32,000 nucleotides of DNA, taken from assembly GCF_001457615.1 (NCBI RefSeq), contig NZ_LN831024.1:3420001-3452000 (forward strand), read 5' to 3'. Positions 21,546-30,161 of this stretch are shown here, one piece after another; the first letter of the stretch is position 1, and each line of letters opens with the position of its first letter. Below the pieces are notes generated by a model that was not told where the DNA came from, searched no databases, and worked only from the letters and a program-made list of their open reading frames with translations. Both the position numbers and the translations under genes were made by a program. The stretch is from Pseudomonas aeruginosa. Lineage in GTDB: Bacteria; Pseudomonadota; Gammaproteobacteria; Pseudomonadales; Pseudomonadaceae.

Positions 21546-22715
21546 ATGATTCCAGACATCGATTCCCGTCTCAGCCGGAACATATTGAAATCCATCTCGT
21601 ATGGCCTCCCCCTCGCCGAAGTGGTCCCCGACCATACCTATGCGCAACTGGAAACGCGCCTCGGCGAACTGAAACGCAGGTATCTGGAGCTGCGCATCTC
21701 CCACGGCGCGCGCGAGCTGCCGTTCAGCAACTACCTGTTCTACCTGATCCTCCAGTCGCGCCACCAGGAATTCGACTTCAAGCTGCGCCAGGGCAACTCG
21801 GTGGTCACCAACATCCACCGCTTCAAGAGCAAGGGACGCATCCCGTCCCTGACCACCCTGCTCCTGGCCGATGCGGTCAACGCCAAGAGCGAGCTGGAAC
21901 TCAAGCATCCGGACATCCCGCAGCTCGACCGCCACGCCCGCGACATCGAGCGCTGGCTGGCCGCCGGCAACGTCATGCCGCCCAGCGAGCGGGCCCTGCG
22001 CGGCCTGGTGGAGGCGCTGGAGCGCGCCGCTGGCGAAGGCCGTCCGTTGCACCTGGTGAGCGCGGTATGCCCGGACTACTCGCACTCCAGCGATGCCGAG
22101 GGCAAGCCGCGCTACACCTTCGAGCGAGTCGGCGACCAGCCCGGCCTGGCCGGCGCCAAGCTGGTCAGCGCCGGGCAGGCGGTGGCGGAGCTGGCCAGGG
22201 CGCGCCAGGTGGAGATCCGCCACGCGATCCTCGGCGGCGAGTTCGAATACCTGTCGTTCAACCGCAACCCCGCCACCGGCGAGACCCGCGAGGGTTTCCT
22301 CGGCAAGGTCGAGCGCCAGCTCGAGCGGATCGCCGGGGCCCTGCCCTGCCCGGCCGCGACCTGCTCGTTCTTCGAGATGTGCGGCGGCGAGGACGGCTGG
22401 CACCGGGCCCACGGCGAGATCGTCCAGCGCCTGGAACAGGGCGACTACGGCCAGACCGGGCTGGACTACCCGGCCCTGGAATCGATCTTCCTGTCGCGCC
22501 TGCCGCTCTACGAGAAATGGTTCGCCAGCCAGTCGCGCGAGCAGATCTGGGCCAGCTTCGTCTCCCAGGCCGCCGAGTACGCATTGATGGGAAAACTCTT
22601 CGGCGAGCGCTTCGACAACTTCGTCGTGCTGGCCGTCGATCACTACCGGATGGAGCCGTTCTACTCGTTCTTCGCGACCGTCCCGACGCTCTACATCCGA
22701 ACCGACTACCTGTAA
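21546..22715 (+). CDS. unclassified protein in QscR-linked operon
   Basis: 389 aa MIPDIDSRLSRNILKSISYGLPLAEVVPDHTYAQLETRLGELKRRYLELR; 5 nt after the previous stop. Cys-containing motifs LVSAVCPDYSHSSD and CPAATCSFFEMCGGEDGWH. Corresponds to PA1896 by recalled order. Confidence 0.9.
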   Translation: MIPDIDSRLSRNILKSISYGLPLAEVVPDHTYAQLETRLGELKRRYLELRISHGARELPFSNYLFYLILQSRHQEFDFKLRQGNSVVTNIHRFKSKGRIPSLTTLLLADAVNAKSELELKHPDIPQLDRHARDIERWLAAGNVMPPSERALRGLVEALERAAGEGRPLHLVSAVCPDYSHSSDAEGKPRYTFERVGDQPGLAGAKLVSAGQAVAELARARQVEIRHAILGGEFEYLSFNRNPATGETREGFLGKVERQLERIAGALPCPAATCSFFEMCGGEDGWHRAHGEIVQRLEQGDYGQTGLDYPALESIFLSRLPLYEKWFASQSREQIWASFVSQAAEYALMGKLFGERFDNFVVLAVDHYRMEPFYSFFATVPTLYIRTDYL

Positions 22716-22733
22716 CGAGGGAGCGCCTGCGCC

Positions 22734-24008
22734 ATGCAAGATGAACTGTTCAAGACCCGATACTCCAAGTACGGATACGGCATCGACGTGCGCCGTACCT
22801 ACAAGGACCTGCCCTGCCAGCCGTTCTGGACCTGGGTCACCGGCAAGTCGCTGAACGACCGCCCGCCACGACGGCCGAAAGACACCCTGCTCAAGCCCTG
22901 GCAGCTCTACCTGCACATCAGTTGGGGCTACGCGGTGTTCTTCCTCGCGGTGATCTACGGCCAGCAACTGCTCGCCTCGCAGCAGCCACTGTGGCTGAAG
23001 TGCCTGCTGGGCGCGCTGATCATGTGCCTGGTGGTCAACCGCCAGCGTGGCTTCCTCCATACCTTCCACTACACCACCCATGGCGCCAGCCTGGAGAACA
23101 AGGCGCTGGCCCGCTTCACCTGCAAGTGGATCCTGTCGATCCCGATCCTGCACACCCCGCGCGACGAGTACGTGAAGCTGCACGTGAACGAACACCACAG
23201 CGTGCGCACCTTCAATACCGAGCACGACGTCGACCTGGTCTTCATGAAACAGCACGGCTTCTACAAGGGCATGTCCGAGAGCGCCTTCTGGACCCGCCTG
23301 GTGCTCGCGCCCTTCCATCCGGCGCGGATCCTCGAGCACCTGAAGTTCCGTTTCGACGTCAGCTTCGTCTCCGCCCCGCGCCACGAGCGCGTCAGCCGGG
23401 CGCTCTACTGGGCTGCGCTGCTCGGCCTGGTGTACGCCAGCGGCTACCTGGAGGCGTTCGCGCTGTTCTACCTGTTCCCGATCTTCATCCTCACCCAGTA
23501 CTCGTCGTGGATCCAGCACGTCTCCGAGCACCTCTGGTTCGCCCGCAACGAGCACGGCCTGCCGCGCTTCCTGCACTACGGCTCGCTGAGCTGGGGACGC
23601 TTCCTCGGCCGCCCCTACCCGGCCGACAAGCAGGGCCTGGCCTTCGCCCTGGCGTTCGTTCGCTGGAGCCTGGGCGTGCTGCTGATCGACATCCCGCTGC
23701 GGGTGTTCTCCTTCATGCAGGACCTGCCCAGCCACGACTTCCACCATCGCAAGCCGGGAGTGAACTTCTGGCGCATCGCGCCGGAGCGCGCGGCCAACGA
23801 GGCGCGCCCCTCGAAGTTCGGCCCGATGACCGAGACCTGGGGCATGTGGGAGAACTTCCTGATCCTGCGCGACCACCTCTGCCGCGGCCAGTCGGACCCG
23901 TTCGGAATCGTCGACTGGTACCGCGAGAACCATGCCCGGCTCGCTCCGGAGACCGATGCCGCCAACCAGCCCCACACCAACCAACCCGCATCCCAGGCTA
24001 CCGCCTGA
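22734..24008 (+). CDS. fatty acid desaturase-like membrane protein
   Basis: 424 aa with histidine boxes RGFLHTFHYTTHG, VNEHHSVRTF, QHVSEHLWF and LPSHDFHHRKPG plus TM segments. Corresponds to PA1895 by recalled order. Confidence 0.9.
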   Translation: MQDELFKTRYSKYGYGIDVRRTYKDLPCQPFWTWVTGKSLNDRPPRRPKDTLLKPWQLYLHISWGYAVFFLAVIYGQQLLASQQPLWLKCLLGALIMCLVVNRQRGFLHTFHYTTHGASLENKALARFTCKWILSIPILHTPRDEYVKLHVNEHHSVRTFNTEHDVDLVFMKQHGFYKGMSESAFWTRLVLAPFHPARILEHLKFRFDVSFVSAPRHERVSRALYWAALLGLVYASGYLEAFALFYLFPIFILTQYSSWIQHVSEHLWFARNEHGLPRFLHYGSLSWGRFLGRPYPADKQGLAFALAFVRWSLGVLLIDIPLRVFSFMQDLPSHDFHHRKPGVNFWRIAPERAANEARPSKFGPMTETWGMWENFLILRDHLCRGQSDPFGIVDWYRENHARLAPETDAANQPHTNQPASQATA

Positions 24009-24024
24009 TCACACAGGAAACCCC

Positions 24025-24648
24025 ATGAATACTCAGATTGCCCAGATCACCCAGAGCCTGGCAGCCAACGGCTGCGCCTATATCACCCCCAGCGACGCGC
24101 TCTACGACGAGCAGGACTGGGAACTGATGAACCAGGTCCTGGCCAACTCGACCCTGCCGTGGGAGAAGATCCTGATCGGCGACGCCGACGAGGAGAACGA
24201 CCTCTACGTGGCCCGTTTCATGACCGACCGCGACCGTCCCACGGTGGTCAACCATGCGCTGTCGGAGCTGATCATCCCGCGCGTCTGCAACGACAACGTG
24301 ATGAGCCTGTTCCGCAAGCTGATGGGCGACGACGCCTTCTACGTCCGGCGCATGCAGGTGAACCGGATGAAGGCCGGCTCGTTCATCGGCCGGCACCTGG
24401 ATACCGACAGCAACCCGGACTACCAGTACTCCATCGTCCTGCAGCTCGGCACCTACTTCTCCGGCGGCCAGTTCGTGGTCTACGACCGCGACGGCAACCT
24501 GCGCAACGACATCAAGCCGGAGCCGCGCTCGGTGATCATCAGCGACTGCAGCTATCCCCACGAGGTCCAGCAGGTGACCGCCGGCGAGCGCGTCTCGCTG
24601 GTGTTCTTCGTCAGTCGCCATGCGGACCGGAACCGGCGGGTCTATTGA
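24025..24648 (+). CDS. 2-oxoglutarate/Fe(II)-dependent oxygenase-like protein (prolyl-4-hydroxylase-type fold)
   Basis: 207 aa with HxD...H...R arrangement: GSFIGRHLDTDSNPDYQYSIVLQL ... ISDCSYPHEVQQVTAGERVSLVFFVSR. Starts 16 nt after the desaturase stop. Confidence 0.8.
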   Translation: MNTQIAQITQSLAANGCAYITPSDALYDEQDWELMNQVLANSTLPWEKILIGDADEENDLYVARFMTDRDRPTVVNHALSELIIPRVCNDNVMSLFRKLMGDDAFYVRRMQVNRMKAGSFIGRHLDTDSNPDYQYSIVLQLGTYFSGGQFVVYDRDGNLRNDIKPEPRSVIISDCSYPHEVQQVTAGERVSLVFFVSRHADRNRRVY

Positions 24649-24673
24649 CCCGTCGGCGTGGAGACTCGAAGCG

Positions 24674-27103
24674 ATGTCGAAGAACGCACGTTACGCCTGG
24701 CGCCTGTCCCTCGGCGGCCTGCTGCTGGGGCTACTGGCCTGCGCGGTCTACCTGCTGGCCGTCCCGCTGGGCTTCAAGTACGGCGAGATCCAGGTCGGCC
24801 ATGGCCTGGAACACGAGGGGCGGATCGCCTGGGACGCCGCCGGCGTCCCGCATATCCGCGCGCAGAGCCTGGAGGACGGCTATTTCCTGCTCGGCTACAG
24901 CCACGCCAGGGATCGCCTGTGGCAGATGGAGTTCGCCCGCCGCTATGCCGGCGGGACGCTCTCCGAAGTGTTCGGCGCCAAGACCCTGCCGATGGACAGG
25001 TTCGCCCGCACCCTGGGCTTCCGGCGCACCGCCGAGGGCATCTACGCCAACCTGGACGCGCCCACGCGCGTCCTGCTGCAGCGCTACAGCGACGGGATCA
25101 ACGCCTACCTGGAGCTGGCCCCGGCGGCGCTGCCGCTGGAATTCAGCCTGGTGCGCCACGAGCGGCCGGGGCCCTGGGGGCCGGTGGACAGCCTGTCCCT
25201 GCACCTGCTCTATTCCTGGACCCTGAGCGCCAACCTGGGCATGCAGTTGCAGCGCCTGGCGCTGGCCGAGCACCTGGACCTGGCGCGGATCAACGAGGTG
25301 TTCGCCCCCTATCCGGGCGAGCGGCCGCCGGCCACCCGCGACTACGCCAGCCTGTACCGCTCCCTGCACGGCACGCCGGACGCCGGCAAGCTGCTGGGGC
25401 AACTGCCCGGTTCCAACGTCGAGGGCATCGGTTCGAACAACTGGGTGGTCTCCGCCAGCCGCAGCGCCACCGGCAAGCCGCTGCTGGCCAACGATCCGCA
25501 CCTGCGCCTGACCAACCCGGCGGCCTTCTACCTGGCCAGCCTGAAGATCCCCGGCCTGAGCCTCACCGGCGCCAACTTCGCCGGCGCCCCGCTGTTCGTC
25601 ATCGGCCATAACCAGCGCATCGCCTGGGGCTACACCAATACCGGCTCGCACATCCAGGACGCCTACCTGGAGCGCGTCGATCCCCAGGACCCGCGGCGCT
25701 ACCTGGCCCCGGACGGCTACCGGCCCTTCGAGACGCGCCTGGAACGCATCGCCGTGCGCGACGGCGAGACGGTCTCGCTGGAGGTCCGCAGCACCCGCCA
25801 CGGCCCGGTGATCAGCGACATCTACGAACCGGCGCGGCTGCCGCAGGCGCAGCGCGACCGGCTGGTGATCGCCCTCGCCTGGACCGGCCTCGACCGTCAC
25901 GACAAGACCTTCCCGAGCCTGCTGGCGATCAACCGGGCCGAAGGCTGGGAACAGTTCCTCGACGCCGCCGCCGACTTCGGCGTACCGCCGCAGAACATGG
26001 TCTATGCCGACGTCGAGGGCAACATCGGCTACGTCTCCGCCGGTCGCGTACCGCTCCGCGGCGCCGACGACGACCTCCATGGCCTGGCCCCCTCGCCCGG
26101 CTGGGAGAGCCGCTACGACTGGGTCGGCTACGTTCCGGAAAGCGCCAAGCCACGCAGCCTCAACCCCCGCGAAGGGTTCATCGCCACGGCGAACCAGCGC
26201 ATCGTGCCGCCCGACAATGCCTTCGACTTCGGCCACGACTGGGTCCTGCCCTACCGCTACGAACGCATCCGCGAGTGGCTCGGCGGCCCCGGCCAGCGCA
26301 CCCTGGAAGACAGCCTGGAGTTGCAGAACGACGAGTTCTCCAGCGTGATGGCGAGCCTGTTGCCGAAGATGCTGGAGCAGGTCAGCGACCCCGAACTGCG
26401 CGCCAGCGAGGCCTTCGCCCTGCTCCAGGGCTGGAACCACCAGGCCGCCGCCGACCTGGCCGCGCCACTGATCGCCGGCTACTGGGTACGCGCCTTCACC
26501 CGCGAGCTGCTGCAACCGAGGATCGGCACGCAGTTGCTGGCCAGCGGCTGGAACCAGCGCAACTACGACGGATTCCTCCGGCTGATCCTCGACGGCCAGG
26601 CCGATCTGCGCTTCTGGTGCGGCCAGGAACAAGGCTGCGACCTCAAGCTGAACCAGTCGCTGCGCCGCGCCCTCGACGAACTGCGAGCCGCCCACGGAAG
26701 CGCGCCGAGCGGCTGGAAGTGGGGCGAGGCGCACGCCGCCCTCGCCGAGCACGTGCCCTTGCACAAGACCCCGTTGCGCGCGCTGTTCGACCTGAAGAAC
26801 AACAAGGGCGGCGACAACTTCAGCGTCAACGTCGGGCGCTTCGACTACAGCGACCCGGCCAACCCGTTCAACACACGGATCGCCGCGACCCTGCGGATGG
26901 TCATCGACCTGGCGGACTTCGACAACTCGCGCTACGCGCTGTCCACCCGCAATTCCGGCCTGCCGTTCGACGGCGCCACCGATCTCAACGAACTCTGGGC
27001 CCGCGGCGCGTACATCCGTATCGCCGACGACGCCCCCGACGCGACGGACCGCCAGTTGGTCCTGCGCCCTTCAGCCTCTTCCTCCGGCGAGCCACGACCA
27101 TGA
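24674..27103 (+). CDS. penicillin acylase-family Ntn hydrolase
   Basis: 809 aa; N-terminal hydrophobic anchor/signal, GVPHIRAQSLEDGYFLLGYSHARDRLWQMEFARR, and autoprocessing/nucleophile motif GSNNWVVSASRSATGKPLLANDPHLRL. Corresponds to PA1893 by recalled order. Confidence 0.92.
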   Translation: MSKNARYAWRLSLGGLLLGLLACAVYLLAVPLGFKYGEIQVGHGLEHEGRIAWDAAGVPHIRAQSLEDGYFLLGYSHARDRLWQMEFARRYAGGTLSEVFGAKTLPMDRFARTLGFRRTAEGIYANLDAPTRVLLQRYSDGINAYLELAPAALPLEFSLVRHERPGPWGPVDSLSLHLLYSWTLSANLGMQLQRLALAEHLDLARINEVFAPYPGERPPATRDYASLYRSLHGTPDAGKLLGQLPGSNVEGIGSNNWVVSASRSATGKPLLANDPHLRLTNPAAFYLASLKIPGLSLTGANFAGAPLFVIGHNQRIAWGYTNTGSHIQDAYLERVDPQDPRRYLAPDGYRPFETRLERIAVRDGETVSLEVRSTRHGPVISDIYEPARLPQAQRDRLVIALAWTGLDRHDKTFPSLLAINRAEGWEQFLDAAADFGVPPQNMVYADVEGNIGYVSAGRVPLRGADDDLHGLAPSPGWESRYDWVGYVPESAKPRSLNPREGFIATANQRIVPPDNAFDFGHDWVLPYRYERIREWLGGPGQRTLEDSLELQNDEFSSVMASLLPKMLEQVSDPELRASEAFALLQGWNHQAAADLAAPLIAGYWVRAFTRELLQPRIGTQLLASGWNQRNYDGFLRLILDGQADLRFWCGQEQGCDLKLNQSLRRALDELRAAHGSAPSGWKWGEAHAALAEHVPLHKTPLRALFDLKNNKGGDNFSVNVGRFDYSDPANPFNTRIAATLRMVIDLADFDNSRYALSTRNSGLPFDGATDLNELWARGAYIRIADDAPDATDRQLVLRPSASSSGEPRP

Positions 27104-27837
27104 CCAGCGATCCGCAGAAAAACGCCTTCGACCTCGACTACTCCAGCCGCGAACGGCAGTTCCCCGAGGGCTTCAAGCGCAAGATAGTCGCCGACCTGCA
27201 AGAGGGAATGCCGCAGTTCGACGTGCTGCAATACTTCGGCAACCAGCCGGATATCTTCGAGACCTACGACCACCTGGTACTGGCGACCGACCCGGAGGGC
27301 GAACGGATCATCGGCATCCTGGGCGCGAAGGACTTCGTCCGCGGCGCGACGCGCTTCCTCTACCTGTGGACGGCGATGGTGGTCGACCGCTACCACCGCA
27401 CCAGCCTGTTCAAGCGGATCAACCAGTTCTTCCTGCGCCAAGTCAGCGAGCGCAACGGCGGGCTGCCGCCACTGATCGTGGCGAAGACCTACAACCCGGT
27501 GGTCTACAACATGTTCCGCGCCCTAAGCGCGCGGATCCCGGGAGCGACGCTGTACCCGGACCTGGAAGCGCCGCGCCAGAGCCCGGACATGGTCGACCTG
27601 GCCCGCGACGTGGTCGGCACGCTGTCCGCCAACCTGCGCCTGGATGCGGAAACCGGCCTGATACCCGGCGGGCAACGCAGCGTCGCCCCGGATTTCTTCC
27701 CGCGCATGGCGATGTCCAGCCACGCCAGGACCAACGACCACTTCGTCGCCCACGTCGGCAGCAGCGACCAGATCCTCTGCATGGTCCGCCTCGCGCCCGG
27801 TGCCGAACCCTACGTGCAGCAGAGGATCATCCGGTGA
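27100..27837 (+). CDS. unclassified protein, translationally coupled to the acylase
   Basis: 245 aa MTSDPQKNAFDLDYSSRERQFPEGFKRKIVADLQEGMPQF; ATGA overlap with the upstream gene. Confidence 0.85.
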   Translation: MTSDPQKNAFDLDYSSRERQFPEGFKRKIVADLQEGMPQFDVLQYFGNQPDIFETYDHLVLATDPEGERIIGILGAKDFVRGATRFLYLWTAMVVDRYHRTSLFKRINQFFLRQVSERNGGLPPLIVAKTYNPVVYNMFRALSARIPGATLYPDLEAPRQSPDMVDLARDVVGTLSANLRLDAETGLIPGGQRSVAPDFFPRMAMSSHARTNDHFVAHVGSSDQILCMVRLAPGAEPYVQQRIIR

Positions 27838-28223
27838 GCGGACTCGCGCAGCGCTCCGACGACCCGTGGCTGGCGGCGCTGCCGGCCGCGGTGCTCTACG
27901 GCGCCTGGGCGGCCTATGCCAACCAGGACGGCGGCCTGGCCGGGATGGGCGTCGCCGCCCTGCTCCAGGGCGCCGCGAGTCTCCTGGCGACGCGCTTCGG
28001 CCTGTACCTTTTGCAATGTCTCGGCCGCCGCCACGGCCTTGCGCAACGCCAGGCGCCCCTGCTGGTGGTGCTCCTGCTGACCGCGCCGATAGCCGCGCTG
28101 CACTGGCTCTCGGGCACGCCGCATCCATTGGCGAGCGTGGCGCCATCGTTCGTCATCGGCTGGCTCTACTTCGCCCTCTGGGCGCGCCGCCGCCCGGGCC
28201 GCCGGCAAGCCAGCGGCGCCTAG
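27834..28223 (+). CDS. small membrane protein, GTG start
   Basis: GTGA overlap with the upstream stop; 129 aa with hydrophobic segments ([47 protein letters not shown]...). Confidence 0.75.
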   Translation: MSGLAQRSDDPWLAALPAAVLYGAWAAYANQDGGLAGMGVAALLQGAASLLATRFGLYLLQCLGRRHGLAQRQAPLLVVLLLTAPIAALHWLSGTPHPLASVAPSFVIGWLYFALWARRRPGRRQASGA

Positions 28224-28311
28224 CCGGCGCCCCCGCTCGAGCCGCTCCCCGTCGGCGGGATCGGCCCGTATACTCGGAGCCTTCCTATCTGCCCAAGGAC
28301 GCGCCATCGCC

Positions 28312-28935
28312 ATGCTGGAGATTCTCGGAAAGGCCTCTTCGATCAACGTGCGCAAGGTGCTCTGGACCTGCGCCGAACTGGACCTGCCCTACCGCCGCGA
28401 AGACTGGGGCAGCGGCTTCCGCGACACCCACGCGGCGGAATTCCTCGCCCTCAACCCGAACGCCATGGTGCCGGTGCTGCGCGACGGCGAACTGGTGCTC
28501 TGGGAATCCAACAGCATCATCCGCTACCTGGCCAACCGCTATACCGGCGAACGCCTCTATCCGCAGCAGGCGGCGCCGCGCGCGCGGGTCGACCAGTGGC
28601 TGGACTGGCAGGCCTCCGACCTCAACCGCTCGTGGAGCTATGCCTTCATGAGCCTGGTCCGGCAGTCGCCGGCGCACCGCGACGCGGCCCAGGTGGAGGC
28701 TTCGTTGCGCGGCTGGACGGGCTTCATGGAAATCCTCGAGGGACAACTGCTACGCACCGGCGCCTATGTCGCCGGCGAGACCTTCAGCCTGGCCGACATC
28801 GCCATCGGCCTGTCGGTCAACCGCTGGTACGAGACGCCGTTCGAGCATCCGTCGCTGCCAGCGGTGCGCGCCTATTACGAGCGCCTCGGCGCCCGTCCCG
28901 GCTTCCTCGCCCACGGCCGCAACGGCGTACCCTGA
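28312..28935 (+). CDS. glutathione S-transferase
   Basis: 207 aa; [25 protein letters not shown]...[34 protein letters not shown] classical GST N-domain; C-domain [11 protein letters not shown]. Confidence 0.93.
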   Translation: MLEILGKASSINVRKVLWTCAELDLPYRREDWGSGFRDTHAAEFLALNPNAMVPVLRDGELVLWESNSIIRYLANRYTGERLYPQQAAPRARVDQWLDWQASDLNRSWSYAFMSLVRQSPAHRDAAQVEASLRGWTGFMEILEGQLLRTGAYVAGETFSLADIAIGLSVNRWYETPFEHPSLPAVRAYYERLGARPGFLAHGRNGVP

Positions 28936-28948
28936 GCGAGGCGCGCGA

Positions 28949-29335
28949 TTACTGGCCGAGCGCCTTGTTCAGGCGCTGCGCCAGGGCGGTGGTGTTGGCG
29001 CCGGCGGTATCCAGCAGCAGGTAGTCGTAGTCGGACTTGGCCACCGGGGCGATGCGGTATTGCAGGACGCCCTCGACCACCTGCTGGCCGGCCGGCACGC
29101 TGAGGGTGCCGACGCAGGACAGCACGCCGCTGTCGGGATCCTTCTCGAGGATCGCCACGTCGCGCAACGCGCTGTCCTTGAACTCCGGCGAGCGCTCGGT
29201 GATCGCGCCCTGGAGGAAGATCCGCATCAGTTGGTCTTTCACGTCCGGCGAGGCACAGGCCTCGGCCTCCTTCTTCGCGCAGGCGCTCAACAGCAGCGCG
29301 GCGCCCAATACAGCGAGCACGGGTAGCTTCATCAT
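28949..29335 (-). CDS. small putative lipoprotein
   Basis: MMKLPVLAVLGAALLLSACAKKEAEAC...; lipobox LLSAC, 128 aa. Confidence 0.85.
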   Translation of the reverse strand: MMKLPVLAVLGAALLLSACAKKEAEACASPDVKDQLMRIFLQGAITERSPEFKDSALRDVAILEKDPDSGVLSCVGTLSVPAGQQVVEGVLQYRIAPVAKSDYDYLLLDTAGANTTALAQRLNKALGQ

Positions 29336-29500
29336 CCCCTCGGGGGTTGGTTGGTGATGCGCAGTTGGACTGCGCCGCCGGCGAATGATTCCCAGGCCCC
29401 GCGCGGCGCCTACCGCAGCCAGCACTGGCCAGCCGGCGCGTCTGCCAGTAGTCTGTCCGCCGCGCTGGCGACGCCGGCCCCACGCCAACTGGAGCAAGAC

Positions 29501-29788
29501 ATGTACCGAGACACCGTGACCCTCACCGTCAGCGCCGAGCAACGCGGCCGCGAAAGCGAGGCCGTGGACAACCCGAACGTCGCCATCGGCCTGGAAAGCG
29601 TCGAGCCGGGCGTGCTCAAGCTGCACTTCGAAGGCCAGCTGGACGCCCCGGAGAACGCTACCCACATCTGCTTCAGCCTGACCATCGGCCTCACCTACTA
29701 CGGCCCGATCCTCGACGGCGCGGCCAGCGAGAACGGCGGCTGGATGACCTTCGAAAGCGACATGCTCGACCCGGCGCAACTGGCCTGA
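29501..29788 (+). CDS. hypothetical protein
   Basis: 95 aa MYRDTVTLTVSAEQRGRESEAVDNPNVAIGLESVEPGVLKLHFEGQLD...; upstream GGAG. Length and composition are plausible. Confidence 0.6.
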   Translation: MYRDTVTLTVSAEQRGRESEAVDNPNVAIGLESVEPGVLKLHFEGQLDAPENATHICFSLTIGLTYYGPILDGAASENGGWMTFESDMLDPAQLA

Positions 29789-30161
29789 TCGACTCTCCTT
29801 CGCAGCCATCCACCATGCGGAAGGCTGCGAAGTGGCACTTTGACACCCATCCCCCGGCGGTCTATAGACAGTTGCAGAACAGACACGGAAGTGGTGGTTC
29901 AGCATGTCAACGTCTTCGACAGTTCGCCCCACGACGAGCCTTTCCGGGATATCCCAGGCCCGCTTCCAGGGGACCCTGACACACGCCTCCCCAGCCTTTC
30001 GCGGGACGACTTCTCCGCCTGCGCTCTCCCATCCCCCATGACAGCACCCGGCCGGCGACACGGGCACCGACAGCGCCAGAGCGTACCGACCGGCCTGCGT
30101 AACGGGTAGCGACCGGTCGAGTTCTGGCGCGCCGGAAAAGAATCTCCACGCGGGAATCGTC

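Noticed and set aside
21390-23984. 864-aa minus-strand ORF
   Set aside because: Antisense shadow of three supported plus-strand genes; composition is typical of GC-skew ORFs.
24731-26764. 677-aa minus-strand ORF
   Set aside because: Antisense of the clearly recognised Ntn acylase.
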